Assembly: GCA_003225535.1 (NCBI GenBank)
Contig: QIAL01000213.1
Span: forward strand, 1,111-65,110
From: Acidobacteriota bacterium
GTDB taxonomy: Bacteria; Acidobacteriota; Terriglobia; Terriglobales; Acidobacteriaceae
Reading direction: 5' to 3'
Length of the DNA stretch: 64,000 nucleotides
Part shown: piece by piece, positions 48,597 to 60,739 of the stretch
Position numbering within the stretch: position 1 is the stretch's first letter
Layout of the letters: the number at the start of each line of letters is the position of its first letter
Notes under the pieces: generated by a model
What the model was told of the DNA's origin: nothing
What the model saw: the letters and a program-made list of their open reading frames with translations, nothing else
Databases searched by the model: none
Made by a program: the position numbers and the translations under genes

Positions 48597-48942
48597 TCGC
48601 TTCTCCCATGATGACCGTCGAAGGCCTCAGATGAACTGAGCCTGACGGAAATTCTGTGACGCGGTTGGTCCGGGCGGAACTGGGAATTCTGTCAGGTCAA
48701 CAGCGGCGGTCCGACTCGATCCAGTTCAACCGTGCTGGATCGACGACGTCACTTGAAGTGATAAACGCAAGCCCCGAAGTATTTCCGACTGTAAGCAATG
48801 ACAGTTCCTCGGTTCGCACCAAGCCCCTAGCATCGCAAAAGATTCCGTACGAGAGGGCGCGGAGTTAATGTACGCGCGCTCCTTGGAGCGCCTGACAACG
48901 CACCCGTAGAAGCGAATCGCAAATTAGGGACGGAGGTCCAAG

Positions 48943-49506
48943 ATGAAAAGAGCTTTGTCGTGTCTATTGTTAGGACTCGTTATTCCAGCGGTCTCGGCTC
49001 TCAGCCAGGATGTCCGCTACAACTTTGATAAGAACACCGATTTCTCCAGGTTCAAGACGTACAAGTGGGTGGAACTGAAGGATGCCAAAAGTCCCGGTGA
49101 TCTCCTTAACAAACAGATAAAGGATGTTTTCGATACTCAACTCGCCGCGAAGGGTCTGACTAAGGTTGAGGACGACTCCGCGAACCTCTACATCGGGTAT
49201 CAGGTCGCTGTGGCGCAAGAAAAGGAATTTACCTCCTACAACACAGATTGGGGATATGGGGGTGGCTGGTACCGGTCGGGATGGTACGGAGGTGGGGGCA
49301 GTTCAATGACGACAGGCCAGACGTCGACAATCTACGTTGGCCAGCTAGCGCTGGATATGTACGATTCAGCGAACAAAGACCTGGTATGGCGCGGGTTGGG
49401 AAGCAAAACGATTGACCAGAAAGCTAAGCCCGAGAAACAGCAGAAGAATCTGACCAAGACCGTGACCAAGATGTTGAAAAACTATCCGCCGCCAATAAAG
49501 AAATAA
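48943..49506 (+). CDS. DUF4136-like secreted protein
   Basis: Signal peptide. Typical pattern (DVRYNFDKNTDFSRFKTYKW, LYIGYQVAV, GQLALDMYDSANKDLVWRG). Confidence 0.7.
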   Translation: MKRALSCLLLGLVIPAVSALSQDVRYNFDKNTDFSRFKTYKWVELKDAKSPGDLLNKQIKDVFDTQLAAKGLTKVEDDSANLYIGYQVAVAQEKEFTSYNTDWGYGGGWYRSGWYGGGGSSMTTGQTSTIYVGQLALDMYDSANKDLVWRGLGSKTIDQKAKPEKQQKNLTKTVTKMLKNYPPPIKK

Positions 49507-49548
49507 GTTGTCGAACAAACGACAGTAAGTGTCCCAGGAACGAAAGCC

Positions 49549-50028
49549 ATGCGCGCCTTAAAGCTAATTCAATTGATGAAAACCAACTCGGCCAGCATGT
49601 CTGACGAACTGGTCCGGAAGATCAGGGCTTCGGGGAAATGCGAACAGTTATTACTCAAAGTTCCCGAGAGTGAACAACGGCAATATGCAAGTCAGATTTA
49701 CCAAGCCCTGACGGAGTGGCTGGCAGACGAAACGGATTCCGCCCTCGAGCACCACTATGTTGCTCTGGGTGTCCGCCGAGCCGGTCAGGGTGTGCCGCTC
49801 AGCCAAATGTTCCGGGCAGTAACTATTGCTCGCGAGCACCTCTGGGATTACGCCCAACAGGAGTGTTTTCATGAAGAACCGGTCGAATTCTTGGGCGGCG
49901 TGACGCTCCTTCGGTCACTAAATAGCTTTTTCGACCAGATTCTTTATTTTGCCCTCACCGGTTATGAAAAAGTCGGCGAAGACGAATCCGCAGCTTTTTC
50001 TTTTCTTTCGAACAGGCGGTCCGCGTGA
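49549..50028 (+). CDS. hypothetical soluble helical protein (possibly RsbRD_N / sensor-globin-like)
   Basis: 159-aa ORF with no TM segment. The stop overlaps the longest possible atpB start (GTGA). The family assignment is tentative. Confidence 0.55.
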   Translation: MRALKLIQLMKTNSASMSDELVRKIRASGKCEQLLLKVPESEQRQYASQIYQALTEWLADETDSALEHHYVALGVRRAGQGVPLSQMFRAVTIAREHLWDYAQQECFHEEPVEFLGGVTLLRSLNSFFDQILYFALTGYEKVGEDESAAFSFLSNRRSA

Positions 50029-51062
50029 GTGTAACGACAAATCCACGAAACGGAATGGGAGCGTACTCGGCCACACGTCTTCACGCTCCTGGCCAACTAA
50101 CAAAAGCAACACTTTTCCTGCTATTGGGGACGTTATTCGCAATCGTCAATTGCCGTTGGAGCGAGGCGTCTGACCGAACGATCCAGGCGGCATCGGTGAG
50201 TTCAGATGAGGCCGTGCAGAGCGGAAACTCATCTGAGCCGAACTCGAAGCCTGCGGAACACGGTTTGTCAGCCAAGGCGGTTGAAATCGCCCGCCCCTTC
50301 GGCTTCCCGATCACCAACTCCATGCTGGTCAGCTGGGTCGTCGCAATCGGGCTGATCGTGTTAGCCCAGGCGGCGACGAGAGACATGAAACAAGTACCTG
50401 CCGGACTGCAAAACTTCGTGGAATGGCTGATTGAAGGTTTGTACAAGTTCATGGAGGGGATCATAGGTCCGCACCTGGCCCAGCGGACGTTCTGGTTTTT
50501 CGCGACCATCTTCATTTTTGTCCTCTCGGCCAACTGGGTGGGACTTATTCCGGGAGTCGGATCCATCGGTTGGGGAAACAGCACTGATCACGGCTTCGTC
50601 ATCGGCCAACCTCTATTCCGCGGCGCTAACGCGGACGTGAACATGACTTTAGCGATGGCCTTGGTCTTCTTCGCAATGTGGATCATATGGTCTTTTCGGG
50701 AAGTTGGCCCGCTCGGTTTTCTCAAGGAACTATTTGCACCCAAGGGAGACACCACAGGCGCATTAAAGGTGCTAATGGTGGTTGTATTTTTCGCGGCTGG
50801 CTGTCTGGAAGTCGTCTCGATTTTGTTTCGCCCCATCTCGCTGAGCTTTCGTCTTTACGGCAACATTTTCGCGGGTGAGAACCTGCTAGAGGCGATGAGC
50901 AAGTTAGTGCCCGGTTTTGGCTGGTTAGTACCGATCCCTTTCTATTTCCTGGAATTGTTGATGGGCTTAGTGCAGGCGCTGGTGTTTACGTTGTTGACGG
51001 CTGTGTTCACCATGCTCATGTGCCAGCACGAAGAAGAGGGATCGGCCGCTGCACATGTCTGA
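50025..51062 (+). CDS. atpB: F0F1 ATP synthase subunit a (with N-terminal extension)
   Basis: Conserved subunit-a core, including the essential Arg block (PISLSFRLYGNIFAGE). The start is uncertain (GTG 50025 or ATG 50055). About 80 extra N-terminal residues include a hydrophobic segment. Confidence 0.9.
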   Translation: MSVTTNPRNGMGAYSATRLHAPGQLTKATLFLLLGTLFAIVNCRWSEASDRTIQAASVSSDEAVQSGNSSEPNSKPAEHGLSAKAVEIARPFGFPITNSMLVSWVVAIGLIVLAQAATRDMKQVPAGLQNFVEWLIEGLYKFMEGIIGPHLAQRTFWFFATIFIFVLSANWVGLIPGVGSIGWGNSTDHGFVIGQPLFRGANADVNMTLAMALVFFAMWIIWSFREVGPLGFLKELFAPKGDTTGALKVLMVVVFFAAGCLEVVSILFRPISLSFRLYGNIFAGENLLEAMSKLVPGFGWLVPIPFYFLELLMGLVQALVFTLLTAVFTMLMCQHEEEGSAAAHV

Positions 51063-51131
51063 GCACGTGAACAATTCGAGCCCGTTCAACGATTTCTCGG
51101 CGGGCCGACGAAAAAAAGGAAAGGAAAACGT

Positions 51132-51320
51132 ATGAGCGGAAATCTGCATGTGGGTCTGGCAGCATTAGGTGCAGCCATCGGCGTGGGCTTAATCGGCATG
51201 GCGGCGTCTGACGCTGTCGGACGTAATCCCGTTGCTTCCACCAAGATTCTGGTCCAGTCAATCCTGGCCATTGCTTTCGCAGAGGCCATTGTGTTTTACG
51301 CGTTGTTCTTGGCCAAGTAG
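51132..51320 (+). CDS. atpE: F0F1 ATP synthase subunit c
   Basis: 62-aa hairpin protein with a GRNP loop and the conserved carboxylate in AFAEAIVFY. Confidence 0.92.
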   Translation: MSGNLHVGLAALGAAIGVGLIGMAASDAVGRNPVASTKILVQSILAIAFAEAIVFYALFLAK

Positions 51321-51380
51321 AGACGTCTTTTTACTCTAGGTGCTGCAGAGTCGGGGGCAGAATCCACGATCTAGTCGAGA

Positions 51381-51941
51381 GTGACACTTATGAATGCTCT
51401 GATTTTATTGAAAGAAGCTGATCCGGGAGGGCAGATCCAGCAGATTGCTAATACCTTCGGCGTGGACTGGCCTCATCTTGCTGCTCAAATCATAAGCTTC
51501 AGCATTGTCTGTTTTCTTCTCCATCGATTTGCCTACAAACCCGTACTGGGTATGTTGGATCAGCGACGGCAGCAGATCGCTCAAGGGGTCGCTGATCAAA
51601 AACAAATCAGGGTCGAACTAGAGCAGACCGGGTCTGAACGCCTGCGAATCATGCAGCAAGCTGATGCCAAAGCAACGCAAATAATTGAGGAAGCACACGC
51701 CGCGGCTGCTCGGCTCTTGGAGAAAGAAACCCAGAAGGCGATTGCCGTGGCTGAGCAAGTCATCGAGAAGGCGAAGGAGGCTGCGTTACTGGAGCACGAG
51801 CGTATGCTCGCGGAGCTAAGACGAGAAGTTGGAATCTTGGTTATCCAGGCGACCGCCTCAATCACCCGCAAGATGCTCACACCAGAAGATCAGCGACTCA
51901 TGGCCGAGGAGACGGTGACACAACTAGGCCGAGCCGCGTAG
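51381..51941 (+). CDS. atpF: F0F1 ATP synthase subunit b
   Basis: One N-terminal TM helix followed by a long charged coiled coil. Its position is between atpE and atpH. Confidence 0.85.
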   Translation: MTLMNALILLKEADPGGQIQQIANTFGVDWPHLAAQIISFSIVCFLLHRFAYKPVLGMLDQRRQQIAQGVADQKQIRVELEQTGSERLRIMQQADAKATQIIEEAHAAAARLLEKETQKAIAVAEQVIEKAKEAALLEHERMLAELRREVGILVIQATASITRKMLTPEDQRLMAEETVTQLGRAA

Positions 51942-51962
51942 CTGTGAACTGAGGACATAATC

Positions 51963-52388
51963 ATGCCGGCAACGACTTTGCAGATACGGCGCGGGGCGAA
52001 GCTTTTATTCCGCTGGTGTTTTGCAGATGGAAGATTGGATGAGGACCGGGCTCGGGAAGCTGTGAGACACGTGCTGCAATCCAAGCGCCGTGGATATCTG
52101 GCTGTGCTTGGCGAATTCAAACGCCTGGTGAAGCTCGATACTGCCAAGCACACCGCCTCAGTCCAGAGTGCAGTGCCGTTACAGGCTGACCTCCAAAGCC
52201 GTCTGCGGACTAACCTCGAGGCTGTTTACGGCGAGCGGATGACTGCAGAATTCGCAGAAGACCCGGATTTGATTGGTGGAATCCGTGTTCGAGTCGCTAA
52301 CGATGTGTATGACGGCAGTGTGAAGGCGAGACTCGCGGCCCTCGCCAGGAGCTTCGGCATTGTGAACGAGGTAGCTGCGGTTCGGTAG
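51963..52388 (+). CDS. atpH: F0F1 ATP synthase subunit delta (short, 141 aa)
   Basis: C-terminal delta/OSCP block ([25 protein letters not shown]). The operon position fits. The N-terminal domain is visibly shorter than usual. Confidence 0.8.
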   Translation: MPATTLQIRRGAKLLFRWCFADGRLDEDRAREAVRHVLQSKRRGYLAVLGEFKRLVKLDTAKHTASVQSAVPLQADLQSRLRTNLEAVYGERMTAEFAEDPDLIGGIRVRVANDVYDGSVKARLAALARSFGIVNEVAAVR

Positions 52389-52438
52389 ATCGAATCGCAA
52401 CTTCAAAATCGCATTTTCCAAAATGGAGCGGAAGCTAT

Positions 52439-53971
52439 ATGGCTGGTCTATTAGAGGAACTTGAATCCCAGATTGCAGGCATTAAAGCCGCAACGACCAA
52501 GCAGAACGTGGGTGTCATTCGGGAGGTGGGCGACGGCGTGGCTCGCGTAGAAGGTTTGAGCGATGCCATGCTCAACGAGATGCTTGACTTAGGTCATGGC
52601 ATCACCGGACTTGCGCTCAACCTCGAGGAGACCGAAGTTGGAGTAATTGTCCTTGGCGATTACACCCTGCTTCAGGAGGGGGATGAAGTTCGCACCACAG
52701 GAAAGTTGCTCCAAGTACCCGTGGGTTTGGGTTTGTTGGGCCGGGTTGTAAATACACTCGGAGAACCAGTCGATGGAAAAGGACCAGTTAAGAGTGATGT
52801 TTTTTATCCGGTCGAACGGATGGCGCCCGGCATCATTCGACGCAAGTCAGTGAATCAGCCTGTTCAAACCGGCATCATGGCCATCGATGCGATGATCCCT
52901 ATTGGACGGGGACAAAGAGAACTGATCATCGGCGACCGATCGACCGGGAAGACAACCATCTGTATTGATACCATCATCAGTCAGGCTCGCCTCAACAGTG
53001 CGGCCCAGTCGACGAGTGATAAGGACTACCGTCCGCTGTATTGCATTTACGTCGCAATCGGCCAAAAACAGTCGAATATCGCGCGCATCATCTCTGTCCT
53101 CGAGCAAGCTGGAGCAATGCAGTACTCCATCGTCGTTGCTTCGCCAGCCTCTGATTCCGCCACAAATCAATATCTTGCGCCATTTGCCGGAGCAGCGATG
53201 GGTGAGTGGTTCATGGATCACGGAATGGATGCCCTCATCATTTATGACGATCTGTCCAAGCACGCGGTGGCCTACAGGCAAGTTTCTCTGGTGCTGAAAA
53301 GACCATCGGGGCGTGAAGCCTATCCGGGAGACGTGTTCTATCTGCACAGCCGCCTGCTTGAGCGAGCTGCGCGAGTCGGAGAGAAGTACGGTAACGGATC
53401 GCTGACAGCCCTGCCAATCATCGAAACGCAAGCCGGCGATGTTTCCGCCTACATACCAACCAACGTCATCTCGATTACAGACGGCCAGATTTATCTGGAG
53501 ACAGATTTGTTTTACCAGGGAATGCGGCCCGCCATTTCTGTCGGTTTATCGGTTTCGCGAGTAGGTTCTGCGGCGCAACTTAAGGCCATGAAACAAGTCG
53601 CGGGGCAACTCAAAGGTGATCTCGCGCAGTTTCGTGAACTCGCCGCATTTGCGCAGTTTGGATCGGAACTGGACGCGAAAACTCAGGCGCAGATCGATCG
53701 CGGGAAACGGATCATGGAGGTCTTCAAGCAGCCTCAGTACAGCCCAATTCCCGTAGAAGTCCAAATTGCCGTGATCTGGGCTGTACAAAATGGATATGTG
53801 GACGACGTGCCGGTAGACCGAGTCAAGGAGTTCCAGGCGAAGTTCACAGAGTTTCTAAGTACCCGCAAGCCGGAGTTGCTGCAGAAGATCGCGGCGGAAA
53901 AGACCATCAGCGCCGCCCTGTCGGGTGAGTTGAAGGCAGCGACAGACCAGTTCAAAGAGACCTGGAAATAG
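52439..53971 (+). CDS. atpA: F0F1 ATP synthase subunit alpha
   Basis: 510 aa with Walker A (GDRSTGKT) and typical alpha-subunit blocks. Confidence 0.97.
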   Translation: MAGLLEELESQIAGIKAATTKQNVGVIREVGDGVARVEGLSDAMLNEMLDLGHGITGLALNLEETEVGVIVLGDYTLLQEGDEVRTTGKLLQVPVGLGLLGRVVNTLGEPVDGKGPVKSDVFYPVERMAPGIIRRKSVNQPVQTGIMAIDAMIPIGRGQRELIIGDRSTGKTTICIDTIISQARLNSAAQSTSDKDYRPLYCIYVAIGQKQSNIARIISVLEQAGAMQYSIVVASPASDSATNQYLAPFAGAAMGEWFMDHGMDALIIYDDLSKHAVAYRQVSLVLKRPSGREAYPGDVFYLHSRLLERAARVGEKYGNGSLTALPIIETQAGDVSAYIPTNVISITDGQIYLETDLFYQGMRPAISVGLSVSRVGSAAQLKAMKQVAGQLKGDLAQFRELAAFAQFGSELDAKTQAQIDRGKRIMEVFKQPQYSPIPVEVQIAVIWAVQNGYVDDVPVDRVKEFQAKFTEFLSTRKPELLQKIAAEKTISAALSGELKAATDQFKETWK

Positions 53972-54037
53972 GGCTGATGCTGCTCAACCCCCGACTGTTC
54001 TGGAAGGATGTCGGTTTGAAATGAGTGAGGATTCAGA

Positions 54038-56346
<2,309 letters not shown>

Positions 56347-56390
56347 GGGCGAATCCGAAGGGACAAATGCGCTCGGAAGGTGCAGACAAA

Positions 56391-56798
56391 ATGTCCAATA
56401 CCATCAGATTGGAAATAGCGACACCCGAAGCCATGGTGTACTCCGACGACGTGGAAATGGTCACGATTCCCGGGGTGGGCGGCCAAATGGGAGTTCTGCC
56501 TCAACACACTCGATTGATGACCTACCTGGTTCCAGGAGAAATGATTGTCCGCAAAGACGGTCAAGACAGTTTCATGGCCGTAGGCGAAGGCCTGGTTGAA
56601 GTCACGAATACACGCATCTCGATCGCGACCAATATGGCGATAGCTGCCGAAAAGATCGATGAAGCCGCAGTCGAAGAAGCGCGGCAGCGCGCGGCTGCCC
56701 GTCTGCGCGAAAAGCTGTCATCGGAAGAAGTTGCGTCCGTGAATGCGTCACTGACACGTGCCGTGGCACAGTTGCATGTCAAGCGCCGCCGGCGCTGA
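56391..56798 (+). CDS. atpC: F0F1 ATP synthase subunit epsilon
   Basis: The ORF track gives 56367..56798. I prefer the ATG at 56391 (MSNTIRLEIATPEAMVY...), the typical epsilon N-terminus. Confidence 0.9.
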   Translation: MSNTIRLEIATPEAMVYSDDVEMVTIPGVGGQMGVLPQHTRLMTYLVPGEMIVRKDGQDSFMAVGEGLVEVTNTRISIATNMAIAAEKIDEAAVEEARQRAAARLREKLSSEEVASVNASLTRAVAQLHVKRRRR

Positions 56799-57349
56799 AT
56801 GCATCTGGAGGGCGTCAAATGTGCGACGTTCCACACGCCACACGTGAGATTGTGGAAATGGAGGATTCTTAGCATGAACTCCACTGCGGCTGTATTGTCA
56901 TCGCCCGTCCATTCTGAAGGACGGTTCCAGCCTTCCTGACTGCCAACGCTCCAGCGAGACCCGCGGTTCAGGATCCTCCTCTCGGAGGAGAACAGCCGCG
57001 GAAGGGGCACGCCTATTGGAACGGATGTTGCGTCAAACAGCCACTGCCTTCCCAGTTCGTCGGGCCAGACGACCATTGTCAGTCTTATGGATTCAATCCA
57101 ACGATCCGAGCCCGAGATAAACATCCTTATTCGTCGTTGCCCGAGATTGCCCACCCAATTACTTAGAAGTTCTGATCTGTAAACCTTGCCAGTAGTCGGG
57201 TCTTTCGAGGCCGCTGATGATGTTTGCACAGACCCTTCACAGCATAGAACGGGGAAGAGTTGCAATGTTCGATGATCGTAGGCGTTGCGTCTGTGGGGTC
57301 TCAAAAAAGTCTTGTTGGGAGTCAGAGTTAGCTTACTCATACCTCAACA

Positions 57350-58015
57350 ATGGAGGAACAGATGAAGATAGTAAGAGCAATCGAGGTGGTAGGGGTTGTG
57401 GCGCTTCTCGGGGTAGCAGCATGGGCGCAGGAATTCCCGAGAGCGGAGCTGGCACTCGACTACTCATTTGCGCGCTACGCTCCGAGTGCCTCTTATACCA
57501 AAGGCCACAGCTTGAACGGAGGCGGCGGCGCCATCAAAATCAACATTAACGAGTACCTCGGATTCGTGATGGATCTGCAGGGCTACGGGAGCAACAAAAC
57601 CAGTTTCAACATTCCGCCGAATACCTTTTTCCCTGGCGGAGGTTCTGGCGTCGTACAAGGTAACTTGTTTACATACATGTTCGGTCCGCAGCTCAAGGTC
57701 CCAGCTCATCGAATCCACCCCTTCGGGCAGCTTCTGTTCGGAGCGGCACACTCGAATGTCTACGGCAACGCATTCAAGCAGATTTGTCAGCCAATCAGCG
57801 GGAGTTGCGCGTTCAACAAGGCACCGGCTGGCGATGCGTTTGCCATGTCGTTCGGTGGAGGAGTCGATATTCCAATCAACAAGAACTTTTCATTCAGGCC
57901 GGCCGAGGTCGACTATTTGTACACGCGCTTTACCAACCAGTTCACAAATGCAGGGCAAAACAATGTTCGTTTCTCGGCAGGTGTCGTGATTAGCTTCGCG
58001 CATACCACTTACTAG
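57350..58015 (+). CDS. outer-membrane beta-barrel protein (OmpA-barrel/opacity-like)
   Basis: Signal peptide (...VALLGVAAWAQE), alternating strands, and an aromatic-rich terminus (...RFSAGVVISFAHTTY). Confidence 0.75.
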   Translation: MEEQMKIVRAIEVVGVVALLGVAAWAQEFPRAELALDYSFARYAPSASYTKGHSLNGGGGAIKININEYLGFVMDLQGYGSNKTSFNIPPNTFFPGGGSGVVQGNLFTYMFGPQLKVPAHRIHPFGQLLFGAAHSNVYGNAFKQICQPISGSCAFNKAPAGDAFAMSFGGGVDIPINKNFSFRPAEVDYLYTRFTNQFTNAGQNNVRFSAGVVISFAHTTY

Positions 58016-58292
58016 CCAGTTCGATATGAATTGTTTTCCGGAATTGCGCTTTAAAGGAATTCCCGGGAAAAGGAGATCGACCGGATGACGGCGAGCGAGT
58101 AGGGCGGTCCGACGCGAGGTGTCACACGTTTGGCTGCCCTGCTCCAGCCTCTCCGGCAAGAAGCTAACAGAAGCTTGGCGAAACGAGGAGAGCTCGCGCT
58201 CTGGAAGCGGCAAGTGTGCCCAATGCAAAATAGTGCAAATAGGGAGAAGGCGTGGTACTATCTGTCAAGCTTGACAGGGGTGAAGCGCCGCA

Positions 58293-59297
58293 ATGGGCCC
58301 GACTTGCAGCAAGCGGATCGCTGGAGTCACTTTCACCTTAACCTTTCTCGTTTGTTCGTCCTACCCGCTTTTGTCACAATCCAGTGATGGTTCCGAGGCG
58401 AGTTCACCACACGTATTCGAGACAACTTTTAATAAGCCATCCACCGGCGGGGGCACCCGTCCGACCACTGTTCGAGTGTCTGCTGATCTCGTCCTTGTTC
58501 CCATTACGGTTACTGACGAACTGAACCATCCTCAGACGAAGCTCGGTCGTGGGAATTTCAGCGTTTTCGAAGGAGAGCAAGCGCAGGAGATCCGTTACTT
58601 TTCATCGGAAGATTCTCCGATTTCGGTGGGCCTTCTCCTGGACGTCAGCAGAAGCATGCAGGATAAGATCGACACTGAACGCTCCGCTGTCGACCAGTTC
58701 TTCAAGAATGCGAATCCGCAAGATGATTATTTCGTCATCACTTTCAACAACGAACCTCATGTTCTCTCGGACTTTACACAGTCGACGACGGGGATCGAGA
58801 ACGAACTGGGTTTGGTTCAGCCGAGCGGCTCGACGGCATTGTTGGATGCGGTCTACCTTGGCATCTCTAAACTGCGCAAAGCTCAGTACTCCCGACGTGC
58901 CCTGGTCATCATTAGCGACGGCGGAGACAACGCCAGCCGCTATAAGCTGAAGGAGATTAAGAATCTCATCTCTGAGTCTGACGTGATGGTCTACGCAATT
59001 GGTATTTTTGCCTCCGGCCCATTCAAGAGTTTTGAAGAGGTAATGGGAAAGCGATGGCTGAGTACAATGACGGATATAACCGGCGGCCGAACGGCCACGG
59101 TCGAGAGCTTAGCAAAGCTCCCGGAAGAGTGTGCTCTTCTTAGCCGTGAACTTCGGAGTCAATACGTGCTTGGATACCGACCGCATGCAACGGCAGACGG
59201 AAAATGGCACAAGATCAAGATCACGGTTACGAATTCGTCCGATGCTGGCCAGTTCCGGTCGCACTACAGGAAGGGCTACTACGCATTGGAGCCCTAA
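58293..59297 (+). CDS. VWA domain protein (VWFA-related acidobacterial-type)
   Basis: Signal peptide. Blocks VSADLVLVPITVTD, GNFSVFEGEQAQEIRYF, a MIDAS-like LLLDVSRSM, GSTALLDAVY and ALVIISDGGDNAS. Confidence 0.85.
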   Translation: MGPTCSKRIAGVTFTLTFLVCSSYPLLSQSSDGSEASSPHVFETTFNKPSTGGGTRPTTVRVSADLVLVPITVTDELNHPQTKLGRGNFSVFEGEQAQEIRYFSSEDSPISVGLLLDVSRSMQDKIDTERSAVDQFFKNANPQDDYFVITFNNEPHVLSDFTQSTTGIENELGLVQPSGSTALLDAVYLGISKLRKAQYSRRALVIISDGGDNASRYKLKEIKNLISESDVMVYAIGIFASGPFKSFEEVMGKRWLSTMTDITGGRTATVESLAKLPEECALLSRELRSQYVLGYRPHATADGKWHKIKITVTNSSDAGQFRSHYRKGYYALEP

Positions 59298-59670
59298 TAT
59301 TGCGAGGGAAAACAGAAGGCCTGGCACACAACAGACGCCGAGGCGCTGTCCGTTCTTAACCTGAGCGTGAAGCACATCGAACATCAGTTCGCAGACTTTT
59401 TTTGCCTTGGCAATGGAAAGATAACAGTGAATCCGCTTCCCATCGCGACGAGTACCAACTATGCCGGCAGCCTCCAGCACCGCATGATGCTGTGAGAGAT
59501 TCGCTTCGGAGATTCCCAACTCGCGCAGAAGTTCAGAGACCGCGACAAATGCGATTGTCGATCAGATCGATAATCTTTAGTCGGACTGGATTCACCGAAG
59601 CCTTGCAGGTTCCTGCCCGCCGTTCGTAGAGTTTATTTTCCAGGTTGCGACTCCTATTGCGTTTGATCAT
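59109..59670 (-). pseudogene. ArsR/SmtB-family transcriptional regulator, frameshifted
   Basis: A hand-translated 45-aa ORF (59533..59670: MIKRNRSRNLENKLYERRAGTCKASVNPVRLKIIDLIDNRICRGL*) carries the first ArsR helix region. The wHTH continues in the +1 frame (AFVAVSELLRELGISEANLSQHHAVLEAAGIVGTRRDGKRIHCYL; track ORF 59109..59519). That frame then runs abnormally far into the 3' end of the VWA gene. Confidence 0.65.
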
Positions 59671-59813
59671 CGGCAGCTGTTGCACCCCACTCAATCGCTC
59701 GAGAGCAACGCATGCGCCCGAATGTTGACTGACAGTGTTGACAGTGTTCGTAGCAGGCTTGGAACTTTACGCTGGACAGGACAGACGAAAACGCAGGGAC
59801 TCACTCCAAACAA

Positions 59814-60521
59814 GTGAGCTGCATTTGTGAGGCATATATGCTTAGACTCTCACTCTTTCTTTTGCTGTGCATCGGTATCGTTCCAGCTCCCTGCCAAACC
59901 AGTGCGTCCAAATACCAGCCGGGAACGATCCTTCAGGTTGAACGGCATCATGTGGGAGCGTCTAATACTGACACCGAGCCAACCCAATATGACGTAAGTG
60001 TTCGGATCGACGAGACGGTTTACGTTGTGTTGTACACACCTTCATACGGGTCAAATACCGTCGAATTTTCTGAAGGCCTCGAGTTCCTGTTCTCGGTCGG
60101 CAAAGAAACACTGACTTTGGCCACTCCAGGAAAGAGTGATGGAAATACGAATTTGCCAATCCTCCGTACAACGAAACTTCCGGCCCAGCCCGCGATTGAT
60201 TGGTCAAAAGCGCCCAGTCAGTATTACAGCATGAAGATGAAGAATCTCTCAACGGAACTGAACCTCAGCGATGAACAGCAGGCGAAGATTAAACCTATCG
60301 CAGAACAAGAAAGCGCTGAAGCCGGAGGCGTGATCTTCACCCAGGTGGTTCCCCGCAAGGAGAGATTAAGCCAGTGGGAAAAGATTGTTCGTCTGTCCGA
60401 TCAGAAAATGAAACCTGTTCTTTCACAAGCCCAGTGGCAGAAACTGCAGGAGCTTCGCAAAGACCAGAAACGTGAGCTAAAGGATCTGATCGCGAAGAAA
60501 GACAGCGAGGGGCGTAAGTGA
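59814..60521 (+). CDS. periplasmic protein with Spy/CpxP-like LTXXQ-type C-terminal helices
   Basis: The likely start is 59838 (MLRLSLFLLLCIGIVPAPCQ). A beta-rich N-terminal domain is followed by LNLSDEQQAKIKPI and LSQAQWQKLQELRKDQ repeats. Confidence 0.65.
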   Translation: MSCICEAYMLRLSLFLLLCIGIVPAPCQTSASKYQPGTILQVERHHVGASNTDTEPTQYDVSVRIDETVYVVLYTPSYGSNTVEFSEGLEFLFSVGKETLTLATPGKSDGNTNLPILRTTKLPAQPAIDWSKAPSQYYSMKMKNLSTELNLSDEQQAKIKPIAEQESAEAGGVIFTQVVPRKERLSQWEKIVRLSDQKMKPVLSQAQWQKLQELRKDQKRELKDLIAKKDSEGRK

Positions 60522-60739
60522 TGGGTATGCGCACTACACGCTGGCTTGAATAAAGAAGCTTTCTTCTTCGCTTGGCGGTCCTATCATGGTTTGCTCGCCA
60601 TTCAATTGGGAGTAGGGAAAGAAATGATTGTCCTCTGAATATACCTACTCTCGGTGAGTGCGGCAGAGACTGTAGGCCCGGGGTCCCAGCTGCAGGCGAA
60701 GCCCCTAGGTTCCCGGTTCCTACACGATAAGGCGTCGCG

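Noticed and set aside
56561-57340. 259-aa minus-strand ORF as a real gene
   Set aside because: It overlaps atpC by 240 nt in antisense. Its start is 10 nt from the divergent OM barrel gene, and its composition is implausible. I kept it only as a flag for the unexplained gap (see findings).
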